Positions 11,304 to 21,877 of a stretch of DNA of 64,000 bases are shown piece by piece. Under the pieces are notes generated by a model, which ran no database searches, was not told the origin of the DNA, and saw nothing but the letters and a program-made list of their open reading frames with translations. The translations under genes were made by a program, and so were the position numbers. Position 1 is the stretch's first letter. Every line of letters starts with the position of its first letter. The stretch is from Alphaproteobacteria bacterium (lineage in GTDB: Bacteria; Pseudomonadota; Alphaproteobacteria; UBA6615): contig JAALLF010000004.1 in the NCBI GenBank assembly GCA_011087645.1, positions 76,987 through 140,986 of the forward strand, in the 5' to 3' direction.

Positions 11304-11831
11304 CTATCCCTCGTTGACCCACATGTTGCGTAAGACAACGTCGTAGACCACGCCGGGGCCAAGTAAGCGCAAGTTCTCTGCCCGCATGCGGTTCTTAATG
11401 TGGGTGACTTCGACATTGCCATTCTCGGCGCCCGGCAGCGGACGGTCGGTCAGCGTACGTAAATAGGCCTCATAGAGGCGCGGCATGGATGCTTTGATCC
11501 GGCGCACATCATCATTCCCCAACTCGACTTCCAGAGACAGTTCAACAACGACGTTTTGCAAAACGCCCTTACCGGTTTCGACTTGAATAAAGATAGGCTC
11601 GAGCTCGATATAAGTGAGCTCGCGCGGCACTTCGATGACCGGTGGTGCATCCTCTTCGGCGACCACCGTGTCGTCGCCGCCCAGAAACACAAAGGCGCCG
11701 CCGGCGGCCCCTCCGATCACCAACACGCCAATCAGGGCAAACAGGATTAGTTTGCGACGGCCCTTTTTCTTCGGTGCCTCGTCGCCCTCATCATCGAGAA
11801 CCCCGTCTATGGAAATGTTTGTACCCGCCAT
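11304..11831 (-). CDS. fliL: Flagellar basal body-associated FliL-like protein
   Basis: Acidic/basic N-terminus KKKGRRKL, TM GGAAGGAFVFLGG, YIELEPIFIQ...LSLEV...MPRL...IKNRM...LGPGVVYDVVL; ATG overlaps the thiL 3' end. Confidence 0.7.
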   Translation of the reverse strand: MAGTNISIDGVLDDEGDEAPKKKGRRKLILFALIGVLVIGGAAGGAFVFLGGDDTVVAEEDAPPVIEVPRELTYIELEPIFIQVETGKGVLQNVVVELSLEVELGNDDVRRIKASMPRLYEAYLRTLTDRPLPGAENGNVEVTHIKNRMRAENLRLLGPGVVYDVVLRNMWVNEG

Positions 11832-12804
11832 CGCCCGCCTCAAGCTGCTTTCCGTTTGAGTCCAGAACGCTGACGGCGCTTGGTTGGACGTCTGGATCGA
11901 TTATTCGACCGATCCGCGTCAAACCGACACCACACTGAGCGGCGAGCACCTGCAACTGTTCGGACACATTGTCAGGAGCGGTAAAGACCAACTCATAGTC
12001 GTCACCGCCGCTAAACAGGCTAAGGCGTAATGGTTGATTGTCGGTTACCAAAAGCTGGGCGGCGGCGGAAACCGGTACCCGGTCAAGCTCGATCTCGGCG
12101 GATACCCGCGAGGCCCGGCAAATATGGTTAAGATCGGCGACCAGTCCATCGGAAACGTCGGCTGCCGCGCTGGCCAATCCAAGCAGCCCAAGACCCACCT
12201 CCACCCTGGGGTTTGGTGTGCGGTACCGGTCGACGAGATAGGCATCGGCGACTTCATCGGAAGTGTTAATCTTTTCCTCGATCAGGGCCAATCCCAGCAT
12301 GGCGTCACCGATTGTCCCCGAAACATAAACACCGTCTCCAATATTAGCGCCAGACCGCAAAATCATCGATTTATCAGATATTTCACCAATCATCGTTAGA
12401 GATAACATCAATTCGCCACGGCTGCGGGTGGTATCGCCGCCGAGCAGCGTAATGCCAAATTTGTCCTGCTCTTCCGCCAGGCCTTGGGCAAAGCCAGCGA
12501 TCCAGGCCGATGTCGTGGCCTCGGGCAACGCCATCGCCAACGTATAGGTGCGCGGCGCGGCCCCTTTAGCGGCGAGGTCCGACAAGTTCACCCGGACCAA
12601 GCGCCGGGCGATCGTTTGCGGATTTTCATCGACGGGAAAATGGACGCCAGCGACAATCGCATCCATGGTGACCACAGCATGCTTTCCGGGATCGATCGCC
12701 AGCGCCGCGGCATCGTCGGTGAGCCCGAACGCGCCCGGTTCGCCCTCAGCAAGCGGGGCGAAGTAGCGTTCAATCATTTCGAATTCATCGAAATCCGATG
12801 ACAT
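11791..12804 (-). CDS. thiL: Thiamine-monophosphate kinase
   Basis: EFEMIERYF, DDAA, VNLSDLAAKG, GGDTT, DVSDGL, GGDDYEL, GYKHF. Confidence 0.95.
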   Translation of the reverse strand: MSSDFDEFEMIERYFAPLAEGEPGAFGLTDDAAALAIDPGKHAVVTMDAIVAGVHFPVDENPQTIARRLVRVNLSDLAAKGAAPRTYTLAMALPEATTSAWIAGFAQGLAEEQDKFGITLLGGDTTRSRGELMLSLTMIGEISDKSMILRSGANIGDGVYVSGTIGDAMLGLALIEEKINTSDEVADAYLVDRYRTPNPRVEVGLGLLGLASAAADVSDGLVADLNHICRASRVSAEIELDRVPVSAAAQLLVTDNQPLRLSLFSGGDDYELVFTAPDNVSEQLQVLAAQCGVGLTRIGRIIDPDVQPSAVSVLDSNGKQLEAGDGGYKHFHRRGSR

Positions 12805-12814
12805 TTGCGAGGCC

Positions 12815-13321
12815 TTATTGGCGGCTATCTTCCGTGGTCAACTCTTCCGGCCGCAACACACGCGCCAGCTTATCCAGCACCGCATTGACCAGGGCCGGCT
12901 CCTTACCTTCAAAGAACGCATCCGTGACCCGAACATATTCACTGATGACAACGCGCGGCGGAACGGTCGAACGGGAAAACATCTCGTAGGCGCCGCATCG
13001 TAATATGGCCCGTAATAACACTTCCATCCGCTCGACGGGCCAAGACTCATCAAGGCAAGAAGCTACCATTTCATCGATTTTCGTCATGTTTCCGTTGGTG
13101 CCGCCGACCAGCTCGGCAAACAAATCCGCATCTGCCTCCGCCATGGGCCCCTCGCCCTCTTCAGCTTGGCTATCGTTTTCGCTGGCGCCGAACTGGCCGA
13201 TAATGGTTTCCGGCGTCCCGCCCGACATGGCCAATTGGTAAAGAGCCTGGACGGCATTCAGGCGGGCGACACTGCGGGCAACATTATTAGCGACCGCGCC
13301 GTTTTGTGCCGGGTTGCTCAC
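12815..13321 (-). CDS. nusB: Transcription antitermination factor NusB
   Basis: RSVARLNAVQALYQ, AILRCGAYE, VVISEYV, VNAVLD. Confidence 0.95.
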   Translation of the reverse strand: MSNPAQNGAVANNVARSVARLNAVQALYQLAMSGGTPETIIGQFGASENDSQAEEGEGPMAEADADLFAELVGGTNGNMTKIDEMVASCLDESWPVERMEVLLRAILRCGAYEMFSRSTVPPRVVISEYVRVTDAFFEGKEPALVNAVLDKLARVLRPEELTTEDSRQ

Positions 13322-13782
13322 CGCGGGAACAGTCCAAAACTGCGTTTCAATTCGATCATGCTCAGGCAGACACGGGCCGCCTCGCCGCCCTTGTCACGCC
13401 GGTCGACCCCGGCTCGTTCGTCGGCTTGCTCACGATTTTCAACGGTCAACACGCCGAACCCCAAGGCCAGGCAGTATTTAACCGCAAGGTCTTGCAGGCC
13501 TCGCGCGGTCTCGCCGCAGACATAATCATAATGGGTGGTCTCGCCGCGGATGACACAGCCCAAGGCAATGTAGCCATCGAAGCGACGACGCGCGCCGACG
13601 AACTCCATCGACCGGACGGCGGTTGCGACAGCAGCCGGAATTTCGAAGGCGCCGGGTACTTCGACGGCTTCCCAAGTGGCGCCGGCGTCCTTCAGGGCGC
13701 TGGTTGCACCGCGTACCAGTTCGTCGGCGATCTCATCATAAAATCGCGCGACCGCGATCATCACATGAGGTTGCTCGGCCAT
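13318..13782 (-). CDS. ribH: 6,7-dimethyl-8-ribityllumazine synthase
   Basis: VPGAFEIP, LGCVIRGETTHYDYVC, FGVLT, KGGEAA. Confidence 0.96.
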   Translation of the reverse strand: MAEQPHVMIAVARFYDEIADELVRGATSALKDAGATWEAVEVPGAFEIPAAVATAVRSMEFVGARRRFDGYIALGCVIRGETTHYDYVCGETARGLQDLAVKYCLALGFGVLTVENREQADERAGVDRRDKGGEAARVCLSMIELKRSFGLFPR

Positions 13783-14945
13783 CAGGAATTCCCCCGCTTT
13801 TGCGAATCCGGCACGACGGGCCTGGTTTCAACCACACGCAGGCCAAAGCCTTCCAAGCCCACGATCGAGCGTTGCGAATTGGACAATAGAACGATGTCAC
13901 GCACACCGAGATCGACGAGGATCTGCGCCCCGACGCCGTAATCGCGCAGTTCGTTGACCGGTCGGGTCGGCGCGCTCAGCAACTGTCTCACCCGGTCACT
14001 GGGATCGGTCGGCGAGGTGTCTCGAATGAGGACGATGACGCCACGTCCGGCTTCGCCGACCATCTCCATCGATTTTTGCAGAACGCCGGAATCCTTCGCG
14101 TCTGTGCTGCCCAGGGCGTCGCTGCCCGGGCTAAAGGCGTGCATACGCACGAGCACCGGTTCGTCCGACGCTATGTCACCCTTCACCAAAGCAATATGCT
14201 CGGCGTATTCGACCTTGTTGTAATAGACGTAATATTTGAAAGCGCCGCCATAAATCGAATTGAAATCATGATCCAGCAATCTCTCGACAATGCGGTCGTT
14301 GCGCCGGCGATAGGCGATCAGATCGGCGATGGCGCCGATTTTCAAGCCATGGAATTGCGCGAACTTAATGAGCTCGGGCAACCGCGCCATGGTGCCGTCT
14401 TCGTTCATGATCTCGCAGATCACAGAGGACGGATTAAGACCGGCCAGCCGCGCCAAGTCGACTCCGGCTTCGGTATGGCCGGCGCGCACCAACACACCGC
14501 CATCGCGCGCGGCCAACGGAAAGACATGACCCGGCGTTACAATATCTTCCGCGGTCGAACGAGGATCGATCGCCACGCCGATCGAACGCGCCCGGTCGGG
14601 CGCCGAGATACCGGTTGTGACGCCCTCGCGCGCTTCGATCGACACCGTGAAGGCGGTTTCCAAGCCGCCACGGCGCGATTGGGGCAGTAATGACAGGTCG
14701 AGCTGTTGCACCCGTTCCCGGGTTAACGCCAAGCAAATTAGGCCGCGCCCATGAGTCGCCATAAAGTTCACCGCGTCGGGCGTCGCCATTTGCGCCGGGA
14801 TCACCAAGTCCCCTTCATTCTCGCGGTCTTCATCGTCGATGAGGATATACATCCGCCCATTACGGGCATCGTCGATGATGTCCTCGATCGGCGACAGGAT
14901 GCTTAGGTCTTCTCCGGACCGTTCGCTTTGGTCGTCATCCTTCAA
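13782..14945 (-). CDS. ribB: 3,4-dihydroxy-2-butanone-4-phosphate synthase fused to a degenerate GTP cyclohydrolase II-like domain (RibBX)
   Basis: DDEDRENEGDL, FTVSIEA, GVTTGISA, PGHVFPL, RAGHTEA, VICEI. C-domain VLVRMH lacks the Zn-binding cysteines but keeps RDYGVGAQIL. Confidence 0.92.
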   Translation of the reverse strand: MKDDDQSERSGEDLSILSPIEDIIDDARNGRMYILIDDEDRENEGDLVIPAQMATPDAVNFMATHGRGLICLALTRERVQQLDLSLLPQSRRGGLETAFTVSIEAREGVTTGISAPDRARSIGVAIDPRSTAEDIVTPGHVFPLAARDGGVLVRAGHTEAGVDLARLAGLNPSSVICEIMNEDGTMARLPELIKFAQFHGLKIGAIADLIAYRRRNDRIVERLLDHDFNSIYGGAFKYYVYYNKVEYAEHIALVKGDIASDEPVLVRMHAFSPGSDALGSTDAKDSGVLQKSMEMVGEAGRGVIVLIRDTSPTDPSDRVRQLLSAPTRPVNELRDYGVGAQILVDLGVRDIVLLSNSQRSIVGLEGFGLRVVETRPVVPDSQKRGNS

Positions 14946-14948
14946 CGC

Positions 14949-15539
14949 TCAACTCCGTTCCATAAGCCGCGCCACATAACGGGCGACAACATCTATTTCC
15001 AGGTTCACCGCCTGGCCGGGTTGGAAAAACGCAAAACTCGTCTGATCCCAGGTATGGGGAATAATGTTCACCCCGAAGGTGCAATCCTCGACTTCGTTCA
15101 CGGTCAGCGATACGCCGTCGACGGCGACAGAGCCCTTCGACGCGATAAACCGCGCCAGATTTTCCGGCACCTTTATCTCAACACTGTGATTATCGCCTTC
15201 CGGACGAACCGCGTCGAGATGGCCAACCCCATCGACATGACCCAAGACCAGATGGCCGCCAAGTTCATCGGCCGCTGTAAGCGCGCGCTCGAGATTTATC
15301 GGCGTGTCCTTCACCCAGTTTCCCAATGTCGTGCAATCCAAGGTTTCACCGGAAACATCGGCGGCAAACCAGCCATTGCCCTTGTCGACCACTGTTAAAC
15401 AGGCGCCACTGCAGGCGATCGAGGCGCCCAGGGCGATGGTGCCGGTATCGAACTTGGTGCTGATCGACAGCCGAGAGCCAACGGCCTGCTGGACAATCTC
15501 GGCGACCCGGCCGACATCTGTGATTATTCCGGTAAACAT
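14949..15539 (-). CDS. ribE: Riboflavin synthase
   Basis: MFTGII N-terminus, GACLTV, NLERAL, GGHLVLGH, DGVSLTVN, VNLEID. Confidence 0.96.
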   Translation of the reverse strand: MFTGIITDVGRVAEIVQQAVGSRLSISTKFDTGTIALGASIACSGACLTVVDKGNGWFAADVSGETLDCTTLGNWVKDTPINLERALTAADELGGHLVLGHVDGVGHLDAVRPEGDNHSVEIKVPENLARFIASKGSVAVDGVSLTVNEVEDCTFGVNIIPHTWDQTSFAFFQPGQAVNLEIDVVARYVARLMERS

Positions 15540-15548
15540 GGCCTGTGG

Positions 15549-16676
15549 TTACGGCAGTCGACGATAAATATCTAGTGTCTCATCGCCAATGATCTCGCGC
15601 GCCATCGGCGCGAAGGCCGGCATGTCCTCGATTTTCTCAACGCCGAGATCGCCAAAGGCCGGCTTGCCGTCGCCGCCGATCAGGCTGGAAGCGCGGAAAC
15701 AGGCGATCCGGTCGACCAGCCCGGCGCGTAACAGAGAAGCACTCAAAACCGCGCCGCCCTCGACCATGACCCGGGTGATACCCCGACTGCCCAGTTCGGC
15801 CAGCGCCAAGGCGGCATCGACATGGCCTGCATTGTCGGCTGATACGCGCACCACATCGACCCCCGCCTCTTCTAATTTCGCCCCCTTTTTGGCGTCGCTG
15901 TCGGCGGAGGTCACAACCCATGTCGGTACGGTGCGCGCCGAGCCAGCGAGTTGAGAATCCGTCCCCAATCGCAAATGACTATCGAGAATCACACGGACAG
16001 GGGATCGATCTTCCAGTCCCGGCAGCCGGCAAGTGAGCTGGGGATCGTCATGGAGCGCGGTGTCGATGCCCACCAGAATAGCGTCGTGCTGCGCCCGCAT
16101 CAGATGGACCCGTTCGCGCGCAGCCGAGCCGGTGATCCATTGCGAGGCACCGGTTCGCGTTGCAATGCGACCATCGGCCGTCATCGCGGTTTTTAAAGTC
16201 ACCAATGGCCGGCCCATCGTTACCCGCTGAATAAAGCCGGCATTCAATTCCGTGGCCTCGGCCTGCAAAACATCTGTCGCCACCTCGACACCGGCGGCTT
16301 TCAGTTTCTCGATGCCGCTGCCGGACACACGCGGGTCCGGATCCAAGCAGCCAATCACAACCCGACCAATGCCGACATTGATGAGAGCCTCCGCGCAGGG
16401 TGGTGTCTGGCCTTGATGGCTGCAGGGTTCAAGCGAGACATAGGCGGTGGCGCCAGCGAGTTCGCCATCGCCATAACGATCGCGCGCCTGATCGATCGCC
16501 ACGGTTTCCGCATGAGGGCGTCCGCCGGGTTGGGTCCAACCGCGCCCGAGTATCCGCGCCGCACCGCCACCCGCCTTTATGATAACGCAACCGACCGCCG
16601 GGTTGGGCCATGACCTACCCAGCCCGCGGCGCGCCAGGCGCAACGCGATCTGCATATAATGCGTGTCGTTGGTCAT
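15549..16676 (-). CDS. ribD: Bifunctional riboflavin deaminase/reductase
   Basis: PNPAVGCV, PHAE, LEPCSHQGQTPPC, SQWIT, DDPQLTCR, VEGG. Confidence 0.96.
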   Translation of the reverse strand: MTNDTHYMQIALRLARRGLGRSWPNPAVGCVIIKAGGGAARILGRGWTQPGGRPHAETVAIDQARDRYGDGELAGATAYVSLEPCSHQGQTPPCAEALINVGIGRVVIGCLDPDPRVSGSGIEKLKAAGVEVATDVLQAEATELNAGFIQRVTMGRPLVTLKTAMTADGRIATRTGASQWITGSAARERVHLMRAQHDAILVGIDTALHDDPQLTCRLPGLEDRSPVRVILDSHLRLGTDSQLAGSARTVPTWVVTSADSDAKKGAKLEEAGVDVVRVSADNAGHVDAALALAELGSRGITRVMVEGGAVLSASLLRAGLVDRIACFRASSLIGGDGKPAFGDLGVEKIEDMPAFAPMAREIIGDETLDIYRRLP

Positions 16677-16713
16677 CGTGTTGCCAGGTTATGCCGCGCC
16701 GGTCGCGGCGAGA

Positions 16714-17181
16714 TTAGTCGGCCTCTTCGCTGGCCAGCTGCTCAGCACCAATGAAATCTTCAAAATCCTTGGCTTCGCGGAAATTTTTGTAAACCGAGGC
16801 GAACCGCACATAAGCGACCGGATCCAGGCTTGCCAGCGCGTCCATCACGGCCTCGCCGATTGCGTCGCTAGAGATCTCGGCCTCACCAGACGATTCCAGC
16901 CGCCGCACGATGCCGCTGACGACCCGGTCGATTCTATCAGGGTCGACCGGCCGTTTGCGCAAGGCAATGCGCATCGAGCGCTCGAGCTTGTCGCGATCGA
17001 ATGGCGCGCGTTGGCCGTTGCTTTTAATCACCAGCAGGTCGCGTAGCTGCACCCGCTCGAATGTCGTCCATCGCGCGCCGCAATCGGGACAAGCGCGCCG
17101 GCGGCGGATCGCCGTATTGTCTTCCGTGGGCCGCGAATCCTTCACATGGGTGTCGGAATGACCGCAAAAAGGGCACCGCAT
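16714..17181 (-). CDS. nrdR: Transcriptional repressor NrdR
   Basis: MRCPFC...DSR...[10 protein letters not shown]...TTFE, ATP cone, [10 protein letters not shown]. Confidence 0.97.
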   Translation of the reverse strand: MRCPFCGHSDTHVKDSRPTEDNTAIRRRRACPDCGARWTTFERVQLRDLLVIKSNGQRAPFDRDKLERSMRIALRKRPVDPDRIDRVVSGIVRRLESSGEAEISSDAIGEAVMDALASLDPVAYVRFASVYKNFREAKDFEDFIGAEQLASEEAD

Positions 17182-17214
17182 ATCTTCTGTCCTCGTCTCT
17201 TCGCCGTCGCCAGC

Positions 17215-18522
17215 TTAGCTCTGGCCGTATATCGGAAAACGCGCGCACAACGCCGAAACCCGGCCGCGCACCGACTGTTCGATCTGCGCATCGCCATCCG
17301 GGTTGGCCGCCAATCCGTTGAAGACTTCGGCGATTAACTCACCAACCAGCCGGAACTCGCTGGGCCCAAAACCGCGCGTCGTCGCCGCCGGACTGCCGAG
17401 GCGCACGCCCGATGTTACCGTTGGCTTTTCCGGATCGAACGGGATGCCGTTCTTATTACAGGTCAGGCCGGCGCGCTCGAGGGCGACCTCGGCAACATTG
17501 CCGGTCAGTCCCTTTGGTCGCAGATCGACCAATAGCAAATGAGTGTCCGTGCCGCCGGAGACGATATCCAGTCCATGCCCGGATAGAGTATCGGCGAGGA
17601 CCGAGGCATTTTCCGCAACCCGGCGCGCATATTCTTTAAACGCCGGCTGCAAAGCCTCGCCAAAGGCTACCGCCTTCGCAGCGACGATGTGCATCAACGG
17701 CCCACCTTGCAGACCGGGAAACACAGCGGAGTTTATTTTCTTTCCAATATCCGCGTCGCGCGACAGGATCATGCCACCCCGCGGCCCGCGTAGGGTTTTA
17801 TGGGTCGTCGTGGTCACCACGTCGGCATAGGGCAGCGGGCTGGGATGGACTCCGCCGGCGACCAGGCCGGCAAAATGCGCCATATCGACCATCAGCAAGG
17901 CGCCGGTCTCGTCGGCAATCGCGCGGAATCGCTCGAAATCGATAATTCGCGGATAGGCCGACCCGCCAGCGATAATCATTTTCGGCTTGTGTTCGTTCGC
18001 CAGCCGTTCGACCTCGTCGAAATCGATCAGCGCATCGTCGCGACGCACCCCATACTGCACGGCGTTGAACCATTTGCCGGAAAGATTAGGCGGCGCCCCA
18101 TGGGTCAAGTGCCCGCCGGCGGCGAGCGACATGCCGAGGACCGTGTCACCGGGCTGGCACAGCGCTAACATCACTGCTTGGTTCGCCTGGGAGCCGGAGT
18201 GAGGCTGCACGTTGGCGTATTCGCAGTCGAATAAGGCCGTCGCCCGCTCGATCGCCAAACGCTCCGCATCGTCGACATATTCACAACCGCCATAGTATCG
18301 GCGGCCCGGATAGCCTTCAGCGTATTTATTAGTGAGTACCGTTCCAGTCGCCTCCAAAACCGCCTGGGAGACGATATTCTCCGACGCGATTAACTCCACC
18401 TGGTCCTGTTGCCGGTGCAATTCGTTCTTAATGGCGGCGGCAATATCGGGATCGGCGGCGTTAAGGCCGGTTTCAAAAAAATCACTGCCCTGATCGTCGG
18501 CGATCGATGCTTCACTGGTCAT
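17215..18522 (-). CDS. glyA: Serine hydroxymethyltransferase
   Basis: [51 protein letters not shown]; start placed at ATG 18522 after AGGA. Confidence 0.97.
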   Translation of the reverse strand: MTSEASIADDQGSDFFETGLNAADPDIAAAIKNELHRQQDQVELIASENIVSQAVLEATGTVLTNKYAEGYPGRRYYGGCEYVDDAERLAIERATALFDCEYANVQPHSGSQANQAVMLALCQPGDTVLGMSLAAGGHLTHGAPPNLSGKWFNAVQYGVRRDDALIDFDEVERLANEHKPKMIIAGGSAYPRIIDFERFRAIADETGALLMVDMAHFAGLVAGGVHPSPLPYADVVTTTTHKTLRGPRGGMILSRDADIGKKINSAVFPGLQGGPLMHIVAAKAVAFGEALQPAFKEYARRVAENASVLADTLSGHGLDIVSGGTDTHLLLVDLRPKGLTGNVAEVALERAGLTCNKNGIPFDPEKPTVTSGVRLGSPAATTRGFGPSEFRLVGELIAEVFNGLAANPDGDAQIEQSVRGRVSALCARFPIYGQS

Positions 18523-18550
18523 GCAAAACAGCTTTCCTATTAAAATCCAC

Positions 18551-18988
18551 TCAACCCAATTTAACGACGCGGCGTAAGTGGCGCTCACCACCATCAAACG
18601 GCGTCGACATGAACGCGCGTAAACAGTCTTTCGCGATTTCTGCCCCAACTATGCGCGCGCCAAGCGCAAGGACGTTCGCATCATTATGCTCGCGCGCCAG
18701 GCGTGCCGTCGTGGCGTCCTGGCAAACGGCGGCCCGTATCCCACTTACCCGGTTGGCGGCGATCGATATGCCAATTCCCGTGCCACAAACGAGTACGCCG
18801 CGATCAGCGCGGCCGCCGACCAAGGCATCGGCGACTGCCCGGCCGAAATCAGGATAATCGACCGATTCCAGACTGTCGGTGCCCAGATCGAGGCAATCCA
18901 ACCCCAGCTCCGCCAATTCGGCCTTCAATTCTTCCTTGAGCGCAAACCCCGCATGGTCAGACGCCATCGCAACGGTAATTTTATTCAT
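18551..18988 (-). CDS. rpiB: Ribose-5-phosphate isomerase B
   Basis: [31 protein letters not shown]. Confidence 0.95.
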   Translation of the reverse strand: MNKITVAMASDHAGFALKEELKAELAELGLDCLDLGTDSLESVDYPDFGRAVADALVGGRADRGVLVCGTGIGISIAANRVSGIRAAVCQDATTARLAREHNDANVLALGARIVGAEIAKDCLRAFMSTPFDGGERHLRRVVKLG

Positions 18989-19325
18989 TTAGCACACCCG
19001 CAGCGGCATCTTAACCAAGTCCGAAATCGATCGAACGCTTACCATATCTCGTCTACCACTGCCAACCCGGCACAATCTGTCGTGGTTCATGGTAAATTCG
19101 ATTCTTAAGTCTTTGTTGGGTCGTTAGCGACAGTACGCGAAGGACATAAGTATGAAACGAAATAATTAAAACTGTATCTCTTAACTAAGTTTGAGAAAAA
19201 ATGATCCGAATGGGGTGACTCTCAAGCAAATAATTGCAACATTACTGCAACTTAACTTGGTGGCTCCGATAGAATTGCTATTTAGGGAAAGCAGGTCTGC
19301 GCCACTAGAATTCAAGGGGGAGATT

Positions 19326-19745
19326 ATGACACAGGAAACACCTGAAGTTCGGGAGCATGCCGATGTACTGCAGATGACCACGCAGGTCGTTGCCGCCTAT
19401 GTCAGGCACAACAGCGTTGGTGAAACCCAAATTCCCGACGTCATTAAGTCCGTTTATTCCAGCCTGGCCGGCTTAAACGGTCATTCGGAACTCGCCGCAA
19501 AGGCCAAACAAAAACCTGCGGTCTCGGTCAAGAAATCAATTACGGCGGACTATCTGATCTGCCTCGAAGACGGCAAGAAGCTCAAGATGCTGAAACGCCA
19601 TTTGCGCACGTCCTACGGCCTGACCCCGGAGGAATATCGCGCCAAATGGGGGCTTGGGTCCGACTATCCGATGGTCGCGCCCAATTACGCTAAACAGCGT
19701 TCCGCCTTCGCCAAGAAGATCGGCCTGGGCAAACGCGCGGCTTAA
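19326..19745 (+). CDS. mucR: MucR/Ros family transcriptional regulator
   Basis: PAVSVKKSI, ICLEDGKKLKMLKRHL, LTPEEYRAKWGL, YPMVAPNYA...AKKIGLG; AAGGGG before ATG 19326. Confidence 0.93.
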   Translation: MTQETPEVREHADVLQMTTQVVAAYVRHNSVGETQIPDVIKSVYSSLAGLNGHSELAAKAKQKPAVSVKKSITADYLICLEDGKKLKMLKRHLRTSYGLTPEEYRAKWGLGSDYPMVAPNYAKQRSAFAKKIGLGKRAA

Positions 19746-19790
19746 TTGAAGTTTGGTTGATGGTTTAGGCCATCGACATCGGCGTTAAAT

Positions 19791-19823
19791 CGAAAGGCGG
19801 GCACGCAAATTGTCCGCCTTTCG
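19791..19823. terminator. Stem-loop terminator after mucR (possibly bidirectional)
   Basis: CGAAAGGCGG-gca...tgt-CCGCCTTTCG followed by TTT. Confidence 0.75.
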
Positions 19824-19856
19824 TTTGCCAGCTTGCTAGTGCCGGGAATGGTCTTG

Positions 19857-20135
19857 TCAGGCGAATAGGCGGTTTGTCTGACTGACCGCGGCAGCCTCGG
19901 AACGCTTTTTCGCGAGTACATAGCGCAGCTTCTGCAACGCGGCGTGCTTTAACGCTTGTTCACCGGCGCTGACCGGCCCGATGATCGTCGCCTCGACCAG
20001 GCTATCGGTGTCGACGGCGCAAACTTTGACCGAATTGCCGACAGCGGAAAATTCGAATAATACTTCGCCTAAATCTTCGGCGCCGCCCCGGTTTTGTGCG
20101 GTTTCCGGCGTATAATTCATCGATCTGCGTTGCAT
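19857..20135 (-). CDS. Small conserved alphaproteobacterial hypothetical protein (DUF6898-like)
   Basis: EVLFEF..VGNSVKVCAVD..SLVEATIIGP......ALQKLRY pattern. Confidence 0.65.
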   Translation of the reverse strand: MQRRSMNYTPETAQNRGGAEDLGEVLFEFSAVGNSVKVCAVDTDSLVEATIIGPVSAGEQALKHAALQKLRYVLAKKRSEAAAVSQTNRLFA

Positions 20136-20204
20136 AGCGTCACGTCCAAACTCTCCATATACTTGGCCGACCTCTCGAAATCACAGCGACCGGGAACCGA
20201 ACCC

Positions 20205-20588
20205 ATGAAAGCCGACAATCACAAATTTATCGTTAAGCGCGCGGATCAGGCTGAATGGACACAAGGTCTGCGATCGGAATTCGAGTATCGCGACCTGGGG
20301 ATCCGCGAAGCCACGAATAACCAATTCGGCGCCCATATCATCCGCATGACCGGCGACGGTCTGGAACACTCGACCGGTAAACACAGCCACATTACCGATT
20401 TTCAAATGTTCTACGTTCTGGGCGGTGAGGCCCGGTTCTATTTCGAGGGAGAAGGCGAAGTCACGGTGCGCAAAGGCGATTGTTACTATCAGCCCGATGG
20501 CTTGGTTCACGATGCGCTGTACATGTCCGACGACTGCGAGCTGCTCGAGGTCACCCTGCCGGCCGACTTTGAGACTAAAGTGTATTGA
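20205..20588 (+). CDS. Cupin domain protein
   Basis: GLRSEFEYRDLGI, HSH..DFQMFYVL.G, QPDGLVH, LEVTLPADF. Confidence 0.85.
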   Translation: MKADNHKFIVKRADQAEWTQGLRSEFEYRDLGIREATNNQFGAHIIRMTGDGLEHSTGKHSHITDFQMFYVLGGEARFYFEGEGEVTVRKGDCYYQPDGLVHDALYMSDDCELLEVTLPADFETKVY

Positions 20589-20641
20589 GTTAAAACCCCG
20601 AAGTTGGTGCGACCCTAGCGTTATTAAATATAGGACCGATA

Positions 20642-21865
20642 ATGAGCCTGGCGCAGGACGATACTTTGCAAGCAAAGTCCAAGAACAGCGATAAGGCGCG
20701 CTTCCAGTGGGACGACCCGCTGCTGCTCGACGAAGCGTTGAGCGAAGACGAACGCATGGTGCGCGATACCGCGCGCGCCTACGCCCAGGATAAATTGATG
20801 CCGCGGGTGCTGGAGGCCAATCGCCACGAGCGCTTCGACCGCGAAATCATGAACGAGTTGGGCGAACTCGGCCTGCTCGGCTCGACCCTGCCCACCGACT
20901 ATGGCTGCGCCGGGGTCAACAATGTCTGCTACGGCTTGATCGCGCGCGAGGTCGAGCGTGTGGATTCGGGATATCGCTCGGCGCTTTCCGTCCAGTCGTC
21001 GCTGGTGATGTGGCCAATCTACACCTACGGTTCGGAAGAGCAGCGCCGCAAGTATCTGCCCAAACTGGCCACCGGCGAATGGGTCGGCGCGTTCGGTCTT
21101 ACCGAGCCCAATGCGGGCTCCGATCCGGGTAGCATGGTGACCCGCGCCCGCTCGGTCGACGGCGGCTTCGCATTGCATGGCGCAAAAATGTGGATTTCCA
21201 ACGCGCCGATCGCCGATGTGTTCGTGATCTGGGCGAAAGATGATGAGGACATTATTCGCGGCTTCATGTTGGAAAAAGGCATGAAGGGCGTTACGGCGCC
21301 GAAGATCGAAGGCAAATTTTCGCTGCGCGCCTCGTCGACCGGCGAAGTCGTCATGGATGACGTATTCGTGCCGGCGGAAAACCAATTGCCCAACGCACGC
21401 GGCCTGGGCGGCCCGTTCGGCTGCCTCAACAAGGCGCGCTACGGCATTTCCTGGGGGGCGCTTGGCGCCGCCGAATTTTGCTGGCATGCGGCGCGCCAAT
21501 ACACGCTCGACCGCGAGCAGTTCGGCAGACCCCTGGCGGCCACGCAGTTGGTTCAGAAAAAACTCGCCGACATGCAGACTGAGATCACGCTGGGCCTGCA
21601 CGCCAGCTTGCGCCTCGGCCGGCTGATGGATGACGACAAATCGACCCCGGAAATGATCTCGATGCTGAAACGCAACAACGCCGGTAAGGCGCTCGACATC
21701 GCGCGGGTCGCCCGCGATATGCATGGCGGCAACGGCATCATGGATGAGTTCCACGTCATCCGCCACGTGATGAACCTGGAAACCGTCAACACTTATGAGG
21801 GCACCCACGACGTCCACGCACTGATTCTGGGGCGGGCGCAAACCGGCATTCAGGCCTTCACATGA
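20642..21865 (+). CDS. gcdH: Glutaryl-CoA dehydrogenase
   Basis: [64 protein letters not shown]. Confidence 0.93.
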   Translation: MSLAQDDTLQAKSKNSDKARFQWDDPLLLDEALSEDERMVRDTARAYAQDKLMPRVLEANRHERFDREIMNELGELGLLGSTLPTDYGCAGVNNVCYGLIAREVERVDSGYRSALSVQSSLVMWPIYTYGSEEQRRKYLPKLATGEWVGAFGLTEPNAGSDPGSMVTRARSVDGGFALHGAKMWISNAPIADVFVIWAKDDEDIIRGFMLEKGMKGVTAPKIEGKFSLRASSTGEVVMDDVFVPAENQLPNARGLGGPFGCLNKARYGISWGALGAAEFCWHAARQYTLDREQFGRPLAATQLVQKKLADMQTEITLGLHASLRLGRLMDDDKSTPEMISMLKRNNAGKALDIARVARDMHGGNGIMDEFHVIRHVMNLETVNTYEGTHDVHALILGRAQTGIQAFT

Positions 21866-21877
21866 TGGGTATACGCT

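Noticed and set aside
16677-16713. Possible FMN riboswitch ahead of ribD
   Set aside because: The gap is only 37 bp and contains no RFN element sequence.
20624-21841. 405-aa ORF antisense to gcdH
   Set aside because: It shadows a well-conserved gene codon for codon. Such stop-free antisense frames are expected with high GC3 bias, and it has no recognisable motifs.
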